From: Tubulanus polymorphus
Taxonomy: Eukaryota; Animalia; Nemertea
Reading direction: 5' to 3'
NCBI RefSeq assembly: GCF_964204645.1
Contig: NC_134033.1
Location: 9,928,655-9,992,654, forward strand
DNA length: 64,000 bases
Numbering within the stretch: position 1 is the stretch's first letter; each line of letters starts with the position of its first letter. The position numbers were made by a program, and so were the translations under genes. The notes beneath the pieces were generated by a model. The model was given only the letters and a program-made list of their open reading frames with translations, was not told the origin of the DNA and searched no databases. Positions 39,748 through 51,405 of this stretch are shown in pieces.

Positions 39748-40871
39748 TCAAGAACTTATCGTATATTATCGTTTATTATATTTATCGTTTAATCGGGCAA
39801 CATGTCGGTGTCGTATATATGTGCAAAGACATGAAATGCATGTGATTGTACTTATATCGAATAATACAGAGTGTGCCAGAAATATAAAGCCTGTTATCTC
39901 CTCAAATTTTTGTCACCTGTGTCAGTGACTACAGTCAATGTGAACGAGTACTTTTTCCAATAACTTCAAACTCGGATGTATTTGACTATCAATAATGAGT
40001 ACCGGTTTGCTTCAATATGAAAATCAATGCATTTGTGCAATGAGTCAATACACCAAAATAAGCGGTAAATTGAGATCAACTGTGATAATGCTGATTACTT
40101 ACACCTGCTATTTCCAACTGTAGTGTAGAACTAGAATATAGGACAATTAATGGACAAGGGGCGGGTCCAGGGTTCGGGTTAGAGGGTATCGGAAGGAAAT
40201 TTTAGGCACTAATCTAAAAGCACATCCATTATCTAAGCCAGTGAGCAGAAATTTTTGAAAATTGAGTACCATTTAATGGCTTGTATGGAGACTAAAAAGC
40301 AATCATTGAAAATAAAACAAACCAAGACAAGATTTCTAGACATGCAGATATAAAAAATGAAGTCGCAAAAAGTGCCTGGTTCATTTATAACATGAAAAAA
40401 ATATAATTTTAAGTCTTAAAAAGTGCCCCTTAATTCTTAAAATTGGCAAAGGTGCCCGGTCTTCCACCAATGCCTGAATGTCATGTGCCCTATTCCAAAC
40501 AAAAAGGGCCCCCATATTCTTAGAAATTAGGCAAGACAGTGTCAGTCTGCCCTTTCAGACTTTAGAAATTTCCACAAATAGAGCCCCTTTCTTTTACCAC
40601 TTCTCTGCATGTTCACTGCCCTCTTCCAAACCATGCCCCTTCAAAAGGCAAAGGTAATGCTGTCAAAAATATTGGATTGGCACTTTAAATTTTAGACCGC
40701 ATTGGGCAATACGGCTAATACGGTCTGGATCCGCCCTTGAGGACAGGGTAGTACTGCGCACTCGAGCATGGTTTATTGAATTTAAGAGAATTGAAACACA
40801 AAGGATTCAAGGAAAATACTAGAATATGAGTCGATGTAAATCCTTAAGGTACTTTTAGCTGACATGGGGAC

Positions 40872-41197
<326 letters not shown>

Positions 41198-41367
41198 CCC
41201 GAGCTGTATCGACTATTTAGAGAAACCATATAGAAACAACGAAGAATGTTACTTAACTTGGAATAATGTAGAGTATAGTGCCAATGCAGATTTATTGTGT
41301 AAGTTATGTAGTTTCATGGTAGCACAATTAGTGATATTGATTTAGCTAGCACTGTAAGGACGTAGAG

Positions 41368-41467
41368 TGTAAAACCGTCACTCCATGAAATACATTGTGA
41401 TATGAGTTTACAATACTTGTAAAACCGTCACTCCATGAAATACATTGTGATATGAGTTTACAATACT
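41368..41467 (+). repeat. Perfect 50-bp tandem duplication
   Basis: TGTAAAACCGTCACTCCATGAAATACATTGTGATATGAGTTTACAATACT x2. Confidence 0.9.
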
Positions 41468-42060
41468 TTGGGGGCAAACTACCAACGGGCCAGATTTTCA
41501 TCACAGATAAAAAAAAACAGATCCAATTGGAGCCATCTCCAGATTATCTTCGTTGGTTCTCGTAACTACTCAAACTGAACTCATTGACTTACTTCAGAAT
41601 TTGCTAATTGCATAAGTTATTTAATACAACATTGTCGCTCGATTTTTCCCAAAAAAATTGGTTTTGCTTATTTTGATAGCTATCATTTGAAAATATTAGA
41701 ATTTAAGCAATTAGACTTGACAATATATGATTTGAAAGCTTAGCTTTACTTTCAAGAAATACATAGCTTATGGATGTATACTATCATACTAAAAATTTCA
41801 TAATTATCCAAACTATGCAATATTACTCAATACGTCAAAATAAAATATTCTCTAAATGTTACCTACGTGTATTTGGTCTTCATTTACTACACTTTCACTC
41901 TACTATATGTTGATGTAATGAAAGGGTATTTGCAATGAAATATTTTTGTTAGTTTGTTTATAACCCACATCTCAAATGTTTCCATTAGATTTATCCTAAA
42001 TCAACAACCGGGGCTGGTGCTGTGTTTCAGACGTCTAGCCACAACCCTACCTATATTAAC

Positions 42061-42410
42061 CCATTACCACTCAGGAATTTCACTATGTAGTGTCAATTAC
42101 TCCTCAGGAAATGCAAGGTAAAATCCAAGATCATCACGATACCGAATAGCTCATTTGCTGTTTATTTTCATACATCACAAGTTCGTGTTATCTGTAGTAA
42201 AGAGTCAAGGCTTTCATATGATGTAAGATTTGATGTAAAATCCAAGATCATCACGATACCGAATAGCTCATTTGCTGTTTATTTCCATACATCACAAGTT
42301 CGTGTTATCTGTAGTAAAGAGTCAAGGCTTCATATGATGTAAGATTTGATGAAGTTGGCCACCAAAATCGTGTCCTTTTGGCCCCCTGAAATTCATCCAA
42401 ACTTTCCAAG
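42061..42410. mobile_element. piggyBac-like MITE copy with internal ~117-bp tandem duplication
   Basis: TTAA-CCCATTACCACTCAGG start; GTAAAATCCAAGATCATCACG...GATTTGAT repeated at ~42118 and ~42235. Confidence 0.7.
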
Positions 42411-44374
42411 ATATATTCCTGCATCTGCTTTCAAATATTGTTTAAGATTATTGTCTGATAATTTTTCATCACTAAAAGTGGTAACATAGCCATGTGTACA
42501 ACCAAACTTATCAGCAATAGCCTTTTCAAGGCAAGCACATGAAATATTTTTAGTAACTTCTAATGGTTTTGTGCCCCATCTTTACTCTTGATTTGCCTAC
42601 TGACACCGTCTACGATACGTTTTCTCCCAACAAATGTTTTTATCTTTTTTTCAACGGCATCCTTCTTAGTTTTCTTTTCAATATTCTTCTTAGTTTTCTT
42701 TTCAACATCCTTCCCTATTGTACAAAAAGACTTGATTAGCACAAGATCATAAAAAATGGCAAAAAAGGCCATCCATTAAATGGTGACTGATGCAGTCGGA
42801 AATAAGGCTGACAAAAGGTATTTGAATAGGGCTGGCGGTTCAAAATTAGAAAAAAATGAAACGGCAAATAGAAAGTAAAAGGGCACAAATTATTTCAAAA
42901 TTTATGATGCAACTCCCTCTAATTTGGTTTAGCTGACAAAAAGCGCATTTTTACAGCCACAAAGGGCACTTTTATTTCTTAGAATGGCAATTTATTATTA
43001 ATGGCCCGCCCTAGAAATCTTAACATATTTTTCTGGGGTAGGGTATAATCTGAGATAAGCAGGTCTAATTTATCAAGACTATAACAAGCCTCAATTGAGA
43101 TCTGCCTCATGTGGGCTAAAAAGGTTTTGGTTAGTTAAATAGATCCAGCAAATCTTAAAATTTTCAAGTCTTTCCACACGTTTGCATATTACCTGAGAGG
43201 CATTTCTATTCTTACCATCAAGAACTTCCTCATCTCCCAATTCTTTCCTTTTTCTTGATGATAATCGCTGGTTCCTCATTTCTTCCAACCTTTTTGAGAT
43301 AACATCTTTTGCAGGACCACACATATTTTCAGCTCCATCTAAAATCCATAAAAATTATCCTTACTTTTGGGTAAGCATTGGGTATAAACGGTATGTATTG
43401 GTAGTAACTGAACGTTTCAGCAGGGTAGGTCTATGTATGTAGGCTTCATCCTACCAAGGATATGCATATTAGGTTATGTAGCAGACAATTTATCAAAACC
43501 TTTCCCATCACTGCCGGCTGGACTCTTCCTGGCAACACCTCACCTGCCCTCAGGGCGGTTATTTTGGTTAATGTCACCAAAGCTTGTAGTGCTTCATCCT
43601 CATCTATTACTGAGCCCTCTTCTAATCTAAACTGAGAGGGTTTGAATTAAAATCGTGCAGAACCTGAAAAGAAACAAGGCAATAATACTGGTTTAGAGTT
43701 TTGGATTGAGAGGCTCTCAGTTATTCAGGCCCTAGGGCCTATTACACTTCCACAACCACAAACCCTTGGTCTCGGCCTAAACTATCTACTAACTAAGATC
43801 AGCGAAGTACCTGGGACTAAATTTGTTTGCAATACTGTGTGGGATCAAAATTAGATTCCTAGGGGAGCTGTGTCCCTGGTTTACCTAACCTAACCATAAC
43901 ATAGCATCACATAGTAGTAAGCTGAATCGACAAAGAGACCCTAGGGCAGGGGAGGTTCAGCAGCAACCTACTACTGAAGCTCCCCTGGCCTGTGTTCTCC
44001 TACTATGTTTGTCTACTATGAGTATGTAATATGTATGTTGATAGATAGCCCATGTGTGTAAACTTGTCATGTACACAGCATGTACTGATGATTCATAGAT
44101 CGTAAAATAAACTCTCTTAGCCATCATGGCTGAAACTTATACTGTGTTCTTTGTTCGAGTTATCTGTTGATTAGGCCTATAAGGAGATATGAAACAGCCT
44201 GGGAGGATGGGCCCCGGGGCGGGGTCAGTCGAAAAATAAATACTTTAGCTTTAGGGCCTTTGGTGCCGGATTGGGTATTATTTGGCTATAGGCGGTTGAC
44301 ACGCTGTGCCTGTTGAGTAATGTCTATTTCAACTTGACTTGGGAGCATTTCAGGTGGCCTAGCTCAGTCAGTTT

Positions 44375-44747
44375 TTTTTGTGGTACATACCTGACACAGG
44401 TCTTATTAGAACCAGGAAGGACCAGTAGTTGACCTAAAACATTGCTTTTTAATCCATTATTCACTGTATTGAAAGATTGGCAAAAAGTCTTCATTAAAAG
44501 GGGTGACATAGAGAAAAGTGACTCCATGATTTGAAAGTTTAACAATATGTTTCCATACCTACACACCAAATGTTGGTAGGCATGGAGACATATTGTCAAA
44601 CTGTCAAATCATGGAGTCACTTTTCTCTATTTCACCCCTTTCAATGAAGACTTTTTGGCAATCTTTCGATTAAAAATTAGTGTTTTAGGTCAACTGCTGG
44701 TCTTTCCTGGTCATAATAAGACCTGTATCAGGTATGTACCACAAAAA
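44375..44747. repeat. Long inverted repeat (~150-bp arms, ~70-bp spacer)
   Basis: 44375-44534 is the diverged reverse complement of 44603-44747. Confidence 0.8.
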
Positions 44748-46968
44748 CTACAATGTAAATCTTTCAGTAAAACTTTGAATACTGGATCATTCTTCTTCTA
44801 TTGCGTCATGAAGGTATAAGGCCCGTGGGCCTCTTGTTTTTAGATAAAACTGTGTAGTACATTAGGGCCTACCTGGTGTATCTTCATTGCTCCCTTGATA
44901 TTCTGAGGGATCCTGTTGTCTGTGACACGGAGAGTGACCAGGGGACTGTAATCCTTACTTGGAATAGAGGAACTGACAACTCCGAAGACTTGGTTTAAAT
45001 TTTGATTTTATACTATACACAAACTGACATATTATATAGAAAACTGATGAAATATGAAGTTTTGCGGGACATGAAGAACCAATGAAATGTCTAATATGAA
45101 ATGCACATGAAGTGATATGAGTATGACTATTTACAATGAATGACACGTTTGGCCGGTTATAAGCTTACGTTATGCGTGACACTCAGACGGCGAAGAACTA
45201 ACATTCCTACTTCTACGTCCTAATTATTATTACCAACTATGTGGCTCTCTTAAGTTCAGTAAATATTCACGTTGCCACTTTCGCGGGAAAATGAGTTGTA
45301 GCTTAAAACTATCATTAAAACGAGTCTGTTTTTCAGACTCTCGACTGCAGAAACATAATCAAGATCTGTATCATCCACCTCAGAACGAGGGAGGGAACTA
45401 ATCTTTCGACCACACAATAATTGAGATGATGTTGGAGTATTAAATCATTTATGTCCGATGTTTCTCTCACCAATGGTAGATCATTACCGCCACATTCAAT
45501 TTCAGTCACTATGGTACAAAATTCATCTAAACTAGTTTTTGTTCTCCCGGGCACTCTTTGTTATGCCGATCAGTCGCTCGTAAAAACCGCCATGCCACGG
45601 ACTTCTTTCAGTGATAAACTGCCAGTCAATCTTGCGATTAGAACAATAATTTGAGATTTTTAACGATCCAAAAATGTTTTTCAATTCTCCGAGTTAGCAC
45701 TACTAAACGTACTGGCATTGTCTGATATCAGTTTCTGTGGCATCGATCGGCGAGCGACAAATCGTCTGAAACACTTAATAAAATCTAAGGTTGATTGGCT
45801 GAACACTACTTCCAAGTGAACTGCTCTAGTGACAGTACATGTAAAAAGTAAAATATATACGTTATTACCATTTTTAAGGGTGAATGGTTCAAAGTAATCG
45901 ACCCCACAAAATAAGAAAGGGGGATACATCGATACTCTCTACCCTGGCAAAGCCGGGGATCGGGTAGAACGGAAGGTTTGCCTGCATTTTTTTGCATTTC
46001 ACACATTTGCTGACTTAAATTTTGACAGCTTGACGCACTTCCAAAATCTTTCCCGAATTTTACAATCAGTTGCAGTCGTCCCAAAATGGAAAATTTTCAG
46101 ATGAGCATCATTGGTCAACAATTCTGAAAGGTATGATTGTTTCGGTATGAATATTGGAGGTTTGCTGAAGATACTCAAGTTGGCATTCCGTAAACGACCT
46201 TTGCATCTAGTAATTCCATCCCTATCAAGATAAGATTGTAACTGACTAATTACAGACAGTTTCTTCTTTTTTGCCAGATACGTCTTGTAAACCTTGAACA
46301 ATATCTGAACGCTGAACTGCTTGAAAATACCTTACTAGCAATTTTTCAGCGCTCTTTATTTCGGATGGATGTAAGGGATTGGTGTTTTTAGATTTACTTT
46401 AAGATTCTCAATAAATCTAAATACTAACGCCGTCACATTACGTAATGTTGAATACCTAGTAAAACGTGAAATCGATTACTTCATCCAATGGAAATATATC
46501 GTTTGGAGTTTCATTAATTGGAGTAGCTTCAGGTACCAACATTGAATTCGCTCTGCGTTTTTTTTGGTGGTGGTGTTGCCAGGGATGGTCCGCCCCGTTT
46601 TGGTGCTGTATTAACTTTGACCAGAGCGTTTGCCAATGACGACTGGAATTGTCGCTGTAACATTATTGCACGTTCTGGTACATGTAACATGGCACGTACA
46701 TGTTTGAAAATCTGCCAAGCATTAACTAGAACCATAGATAGAGAATGCTGGTGAAAAAGTTGTCTGCAGCAACCTTGCACCCTTTATCGTCGTCCAATGT
46801 AGAACAGAGTTTGAGAATAACATCGGCACCTAATCCCAATGGAGATCTGCTCTGTTTAACGTGATAAAACTACGCAATAAATCGCGAGGGACGAATGAAA
46901 CATGAGTCCCACAATCACATGTTTGAAAGAGATTTTAAAACATCAAAAATATAAAGAATTTATTAAAA

Positions 46969-47011
46969 CCTCGACTTTTCGGTTTTATCTTAAAAACCAT
47001 TCTCAAGAGTG
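46969..47011 (-). ncRNA. Minimal hammerhead-like motif, U3:A8 variant, in Penelope B pLTR
   Basis: CTC-TTGAGAA-t-GGTTTT(taagat)AAAACC-GAAA-AG-TC-GAG on - strand. Confidence 0.5.
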
Positions 47012-48520
47012 ACTAAAATTATGACATTTCACAGTATATATACAAGGAACAACGACACACACTTTTGCACCTGAAAACTAGGTAATGTTAACCAGAGAGG
47101 AAATGTATAGGGACAAAAGTTTATTATGGGGGGAGAAACCAAGGTTACCATTGACACAGGAATTTGAATGGGAGTTTGTTAAAGCCGACTGAACTATGTG
47201 ACGTCGGGTAATACTGTGAGACGGAAAACTTATGCGAGAATTATCAAAATCAAATTGATGACCATTGGTATCCCAAACATGGGTAGCCACAGCGCACTTT
47301 GGGGTTTTTGATTATATCTTGCTTATGCTCTTAAATACGAATGCTGAGGGGGCGACCAGTTTCACCTATATGAAATTTATCACAATCTAAGCAAGGGATT
47401 TTATAAACACCGGCATGGGTATTGGATAGAGTATTATTTTTGGATACATGACTAGAGATTTTGTTGTTATACTTGAATATGATATCAGTGTTAAGCGTAT
47501 TGAGAGTGGGTTTCAATTTGTCTAAACACGGGACGTAAGGGACAACAATGTGAGACGTACGAGTAAAATCCCACAATAAAATAATTAGATGATAAAATGT
47601 TTATTAAAACATATAAGAAGTATTTCGGGTGGTTACTACCACCCTTCTTCAGTCTAAAATGACTTGCCAAATACAGTATTAATACATGAAATATGAAATA
47701 GGACACGAATCGCTGCACATTATGTTATGGGGACTAGAGCACTGACATAACTTGAAAGAAGTTTATTATGGGGGCTGAAACCATTATTGAGGTTGACAGA
47801 ACGATCGGAATGAGTAGTAATCAAAGCAGATTCAACTATATGTCGTTTAGTGCGACTACTGTTGGGAAAGATAATATTGGCTCCAGAAAAATCCAAATTG
47901 TGTCCGGTAACCAAAGAATGGGAGACTACCCCACTTTCTAATTTAACCCCATTAAATACATCTCGTTTATGTTCTTTAATACGATCCTTAATATTCCTAC
48001 CTGTTTCCCCAATGTAAAAAAGGTTACAATCACAACAGTTGATTTTATAAACTCAACAATGGACATTAGGGTTCAGATTGTTATTGGAGCAAAAATTAGA
48101 AATTTTGTTATTATACTTGAAAATTAAATCAGTAATCAAATGACTAAGAGCCGGTTTGAATTTGTCAAGGCAAGGGACAAAAGGAACTATAATTTTGTTT
48201 TTTGGTTTAGGCGAATCAATAGGATTATGGGGTTGGGCAGGAGAGAAAAATACTTTTTTGGCTTTGTGAAGGGCTTTCACTAAAATCTTGTCAGGGTATG
48301 CAAGTTTTTTGAAACTGGATTGAATATGTAAAATCTCATGATCTAAAAAGAGGGATGTTGGTGAATAGAGAGATTGCATCAAAAGAGATGAACTTGTTAC
48401 CATTGGGGGTAATGTGACGTAATGTTTGTAATAAATCCATATTATGTTTGATATGAGAACCAGTCTTGATTGATTCTTGTTTGACATGAGAACCAGTCTG
48501 GTTCTCATATCAAACATAAT

Positions 48521-49801
48521 ATGGATTTATTTCAAAGATTACGTCACATTACCCCCAATAGTAACAAGTTCATCTCTTTTGATGCAATCTCTGTATTCAC
48601 CAACATCCCTCTGGAACCAACGTTGGATTTCATTAAACGTAAACTTCCATCCTTAAATTTGAATTTTACTGTCTCAATCCACTGTCTCATTGACCTTTTA
48701 GAATTATGTGCTAGAAGAGCCTATTTTCAATTTGATGGCATTTTCTTTGAGCAAATATATGGTTTCGCTATAGGTAACCCCCTCTCGCCGATTTTAGCTA
48801 ACCTCTTCTTAGAACATATTGAATCGGAAATTTTACCCTTATACACTGATTTCGCGCCTCTTCTATGGCTCAGGTATGTTGATGACATTTTATGTTTAGT
48901 ATCAACTGATTTTAACCTTGAATTATTTTTGACATATCCCAATTCCCTTTATCCTTCCTTGAAGTTCACCTTTGAGTGGGAAGTTGACGGGAAAATGCCC
49001 TTTCTGGATGTTCTCATACATAATTTTAATTCGAGATTAGGTTTCTCTGTTTTTCGTAAACCTACTAACTGTGAATCCTACCTACATTTCTTCTCGTTCA
49101 CTCCAACTTACCTTAAAGTGGCCGTTGTTCAAGGTTTTTTCCTTCGGGCTTATAGGATTTGTGATAAAAACTTTTTAGATCATGAGATTTTACATATTCA
49201 ATCCAGTCTCAAAAAACTTGCATATCCTGACAAGATTTTAGTGAAAGCCCTTCACAAAGCCAAAAAAGTATTTTTCTCTCCTGCCCAACCCCGTAATCCT
49301 ATTGAATCGCCTAAACCAAAAAACAAAATTATAGTTCCTTTTGTCCCTTGCCTTGACAAATTCAAACCGGCTCTTCGTCATTTGAATACTGATTTAATTT
49401 TCAAGTATAATAACAAAATTTCTAATTTTTGCTCCAATAACAATCTGAACCCTAATGTCCATTGTGGAGTTTATAAAATCAACTGTTCTGATTGTAACCT
49501 TTTTTACATTGGGGAAACCGGTAGGAATATTAAGGATCGTATTAAAGAACATAAACGAGATGTATTTAATGGGGTTAAATTAGAAAGTGGGGTAGTCTCC
49601 CATTCTTTGGTTACCGGACACAATTTTGATTTTTCTGGAGCCAATATTATCTTTCCCAACAGTAGTCGCACTAAACGACATATAGTTGAATCTGCTTTGA
49701 TTACTACTCATTCCGATCGTTCTGTCAACCTCCATAATGGTTTCAGCCCCCATAATAAACTTCTTTCAAGTTATGTCAGTGCTCTAGTCCCCACGACATA
49801 A
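48521..49801 (+). CDS. Penelope-like RT + GIY-YIG endonuclease (5'-truncated, open 426 aa)
   Basis: FDAISVFTNIP, GFAIGNPLSPILAN, RYVDD, FLDV, GVYKINCSDCNLFYIGETGR...RIKEH. Confidence 0.93.
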   Translation: MDLFQRLRHITPNSNKFISFDAISVFTNIPLEPTLDFIKRKLPSLNLNFTVSIHCLIDLLELCARRAYFQFDGIFFEQIYGFAIGNPLSPILANLFLEHIESEILPLYTDFAPLLWLRYVDDILCLVSTDFNLELFLTYPNSLYPSLKFTFEWEVDGKMPFLDVLIHNFNSRLGFSVFRKPTNCESYLHFFSFTPTYLKVAVVQGFFLRAYRICDKNFLDHEILHIQSSLKKLAYPDKILVKALHKAKKVFFSPAQPRNPIESPKPKNKIIVPFVPCLDKFKPALRHLNTDLIFKYNNKISNFCSNNNLNPNVHCGVYKINCSDCNLFYIGETGRNIKDRIKEHKRDVFNGVKLESGVVSHSLVTGHNFDFSGANIIFPNSSRTKRHIVESALITTHSDRSVNLHNGFSPHNKLLSSYVSALVPTT

Positions 49802-49863
49802 TGTGCAGCGATTCGTGTCCTATTTCATATTTCATGTATTAATACTGTATTTGGCAAGTCATT

Positions 49864-49910
49864 TTAGACTGAAGAAGGGTGGTAGTAACAACCCGAAATA
49901 TTTCTTATAT
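49864..49910 (+). ncRNA. Minimal hammerhead-ribozyme-like motif in Penelope pLTR
   Basis: CTGAAGA-a-GGGTGGT(agta)ACAACCC-GAAA-TA-TT; mirror copy on - strand at ~47611-47658 has a perfect 7-bp stem II. Confidence 0.55.
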
Positions 49911-50091
49911 GTTTTAATAAACATTTTATCATCTAATTATTTTATTGTGGGATTTTACTCGTATCGTTTTATCACGGATATTGTGATCTACCATTGATTC
50001 AATGTGAGACTTACGTTGAATAGAGTTAGAGTCAACACGGATAAAATTAGGTTTAAGGGATCTTTTAGCTTTACGAAGCGCAAGGTCTAAG

Positions 50092-51405
50092 CGGTGTTGT
50101 CATATCGCGGAAAGACGGAATCGCGGAATTTTCCAAAAACGCGGAATTTCTTCATTTTTACTATAAATAGTAAACGGGGTTTTCCCACGGGGATACCCAC
50201 TGTCGGACAGGGCACCGGACCCAGGTTTTCAACACCGGGAATTAGTATTTGATAATTTATTATATCGCCAGTCAACAACTTAACGATACTGTTCCAAATA
50301 ATGGAGAACCTAGGCAATACGTGCTTTGCGAATTCAGTGATACAGAGTATCGCTGCATTAACTGAAGGAATACAGATCGATGGTACGTAAACGTAGGATT
50401 TGTGATGACACCATGGGTCATTCTCCAGGACTCATTTCCGAGTTAAGATTTGACTCTGGTCTCTGGATTTAAAACATTGGAAATGAATTGATTCTAAGAA
50501 ACTGAGAGTTAACTCACAACTGTGGAACTGGATCGATGTCAGACGAAAATAAATAGACATTATGTATATTTCATTCTGGCTTAGGATTGTTCATGCGTGT
50601 TGTGTGTCTACATTGTTGTTATAAGCGAATGTGGTTTATCTTTTAGAATTAAATGATATGAAAGATTATAAAATGGTTTCGTTTTTTTAATGTTTACTTT
50701 GTGACTGCTATAACATATATGTCCCTATGCTGATTTTTTGGATCAAAAGAATCTTATTGGTACCGGTACTGGACGGCCGTAAAATTATAATAATTTCAAA
50801 GGAATTTGAACCGGTACTTGTTTGGTCGTAGGATTTCATGTTTGCAACCATATACAACTACGGTCCGACACCGCGAACGTGCCCAATATTTATCTGATAA
50901 TATTCGTTTCTGAAGTTCTCAAAAAGTCGATGAACTTCGATAACCGAAGTTTGCCTAGTAGAAATAGACATTAGGTGCCTGGTCTCTTTCACCCCACTTG
51001 ATTCTGACTTCTTCTACAGGTGGCAGCCAGGGCCACCTTCGGTTATCTGAGTTAGTCGAGTATAGTTAGTCGAACTAAACGAAACCGAATGTCCGATAGT
51101 CGGAACTATATTCCGGAAATAGTTCGAAAATCAAGCGCATTCGGTTATTAGTTCTGACCACTAGTCGACTAGATACGGAAACCGAATTTGACCCAGTAAA
51201 CGGTATCGTAATATAATAATTCCATATAAAATTGCCTGCAAATAATGGGATTCGAACCTAACTCGTTGCATCGATCGGTCCGGTGCCCTGTCCGACAGTG
51301 GGTATCCCCGTGGGAAAACCCAATTACTATTTAAAGTAAAAATGAAGAAATTCTGCGTTTTTGGAAAATTCCGCGATTCCGTCTTTCCGCGATATGACAA
51401 CACCG
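50092..51405. mobile_element. Mutator-like (MULE) non-autonomous element
   Basis: ~130-bp TIRs beginning CGGTGTTGTCATATCGCGG; 9-bp TSD AGGTCTAAG (50083-50091, 51406-51414). Confidence 0.88.

Larger units (their letters stand above)
47557..49999 (+). mobile_element. Penelope-like element A with inverted 5' arm
   Basis: Flanked by CAATGTGAGAC (47546-47556, 50000-50010); left arm is the reverse complement of the right part. Confidence 0.9.

Noticed and set aside
40155-40740. MITE with GGGGCGGGTCCAG / CTGGATCCGCCC ends
   Set aside because: Inverted termini are visible but there is no clean TSD, so superfamily and limits are unsupported
43090-43670. PHD-containing LINE ORF1 remnant
   Set aside because: Cys/His spacing is only partly recoverable through many stops; too degraded to call
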